48,041 nt of DNA from a virus (lineage: Duplodnaviria; Caudoviricetes): positions 1 through 48,041 of IMG/VR virus record IMGVR_UViG_3300045000_000008, one strand, 5' to 3'. Below are positions 46,909 to 48,041 of the stretch, piece by piece. Made by a program: the position numbers and the translations under genes. How positions within the stretch are numbered: the first letter of the stretch is position 1; each line of letters starts with the position of its first letter. The notes beneath the pieces are model-generated. The model did no database searches. It saw only the letters and a program-made list of their open reading frames with translations, and had not been told where the DNA came from.

Positions 46909-47413
46909 CTAATACCTCCCTTGGCCAACCACTAGGACGCCAAACCTCTGCCGTTACGCTATCACCAAAGATGCTTTGACCTTCGGGCAATGCCCTACGC
47001 TTAAGCGGCCCAGAAGTTCGCCGACGCTTGCCAGATCCACGCTTACATTCCAGACAGTTACGTGCGGAATCCCTTTCTGGATTCTGGTGCCCCCGCTTGC
47101 ACGTGTTACGGGGGATGAGGTGCACGTGCTCTGGATTAGCACAAGCGAAGTTGTCACAGGTATAAGCTGGCTTGAATTGTACCTTGTCATACCCAGGGTA
47201 AAGCACACTAGTAAGAACTTGGCTAATGAGAGTAGGCTTTCCTTCAAATGTGAAGCTGCCATACTGTCGGTAGTTGTCAGGTCGCTTCTTAATTGCGCCG
47301 TTCCACAACCAACACCCAGAGGCAGGATCGGGTACTACCTTCTTCCAGAACCTTTCTGGCAGCCTTGGATCTCCATACTCCATCACCAAATTCTCCAAAT
47401 CCTGTACTTCCAT
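46859..47413 (-). CDS. HNH-family endonuclease-like protein
   Basis: RFWKKV...CWLWNGA...YGSF, CDNFACANPEH, CKRGH...CLEC. Confidence 0.8.
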   Translation of the reverse strand: MEVQDLENLVMEYGDPRLPERFWKKVVPDPASGCWLWNGAIKKRPDNYRQYGSFTFEGKPTLISQVLTSVLYPGYDKVQFKPAYTCDNFACANPEHVHLIPRNTCKRGHQNPERDSARNCLECKRGSGKRRRTSGPLKRRALPEGQSIFGDSVTAEVWRPSGWPREVLDGRLNTGSEQESASVS

Positions 47414-47498
47414 GCACCCTTACAGCGAGTGCAATGCCACACATGAGGTTGAGAGTAATATCTCAACCATTTGTGGAAGCCCAATCTACAGCGCAGAC

Positions 47499-47672
47499 TC
47501 AGCGCGATCGACCCCTCTCCTGGTAGGTCTGGTACCCCTTGCATTCCGCCGAAACAGTTCCCGGGACGGTATGCGTGTAGAGGGCACCATTATACGTAGT
47601 CTGTACATTACGACGCTTACACCAACCACATGTAACGCGCTTGCCTGTCTTGATTCCGGTATCAGTACTCAC
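47499..47672 (-). CDS. 57-aa Zn-finger-like protein
   Basis: GTG start overlapping upstream stop; CGWC...H...C. Confidence 0.55.
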   Translation of the reverse strand: MSTDTGIKTGKRVTCGWCKRRNVQTTYNGALYTHTVPGTVSAECKGYQTYQERGRSR

Positions 47673-47905
47673 TTCTTGTTACCTTCCTGCCTAGGTGAGT
47701 CGGGCTTGCATGGTCCCTTATGACGATTCTTCAAGATGCACCAACGTTGCTTGGTACACATTAGAGTTGTCCACTTTCTCATGGATCTCCTGAGTCCATC
47801 ACGATATGTTTCCCATTTGATGTTTAATTTCTCGGCTACTTGGCGCTCTGTGTAGCCGTAAGACCTCAGCCACTCAATATCTTCCATGAGTTCAGCGTAA
47901 GGCAC
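47669..47905 (-). CDS. HTH DNA-binding-like protein
   Basis: GYTERQVAEKLNIKWET helix-turn-helix pattern; C-terminal C...C...H...C. Confidence 0.6.
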   Translation of the reverse strand: MPYAELMEDIEWLRSYGYTERQVAEKLNIKWETYRDGLRRSMRKWTTLMCTKQRWCILKNRHKGPCKPDSPRQEGNKK

Positions 47906-48041
47906 CTTGACTCTGGGGTGGTTGTCGATCGTGCCGTCGATACCCGCCCGATACTTGCAAGCGCTACAGAGTCCACGAGCGAAATTCTTATGCCAAGCAT
48001 TCCCGCAATTAGAACACGACTTTATCGCTAACCCCTTCTTT

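Overview
This window is most of the genome of a tailed dsDNA actinobacteriophage (siphovirus-type; host assignment inferred from Rpf, class F sortase and other actinobacterial-type genes). Plus strand ~0.1-39.3 kb: small unknown genes; terminase; DUF935 portal; protease/scaffold; capsid, neck and tail genes; a 1469-aa tape measure with NlpC/P60; Dit, Tal and fiber genes; then Rpf-LysM, holin-like proteins, a class F sortase with an adjacent substrate, a replication/recombination block (Cas4/RecB-like nuclease, Sak4-like ATPase, SSB-like, DUF3987, UDG-PolA fusion, RuvC), an amidase endolysin, secreted Pro/Thr-rich enzymes and MazG. The minus strand (39.4-48 kb) converges on a bidirectional terminator. 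The most striking part is a Ro60/TROVE (Rsr) gene preceded by a ~1.8 kb RNA-rich unit with its own promoter and terminator. It holds four related Y RNAs (two YrlA-like with permuted tRNA domains, two 71-nt minimal forms), three tRNAs (Pro-TGG, Gln-TTG, Glu-TTC), two further unexplained tRNA-shaped RNAs and small membrane proteins. No integrase or CRISPR array was seen. All family calls come from motif recognition by eye, not database searches.
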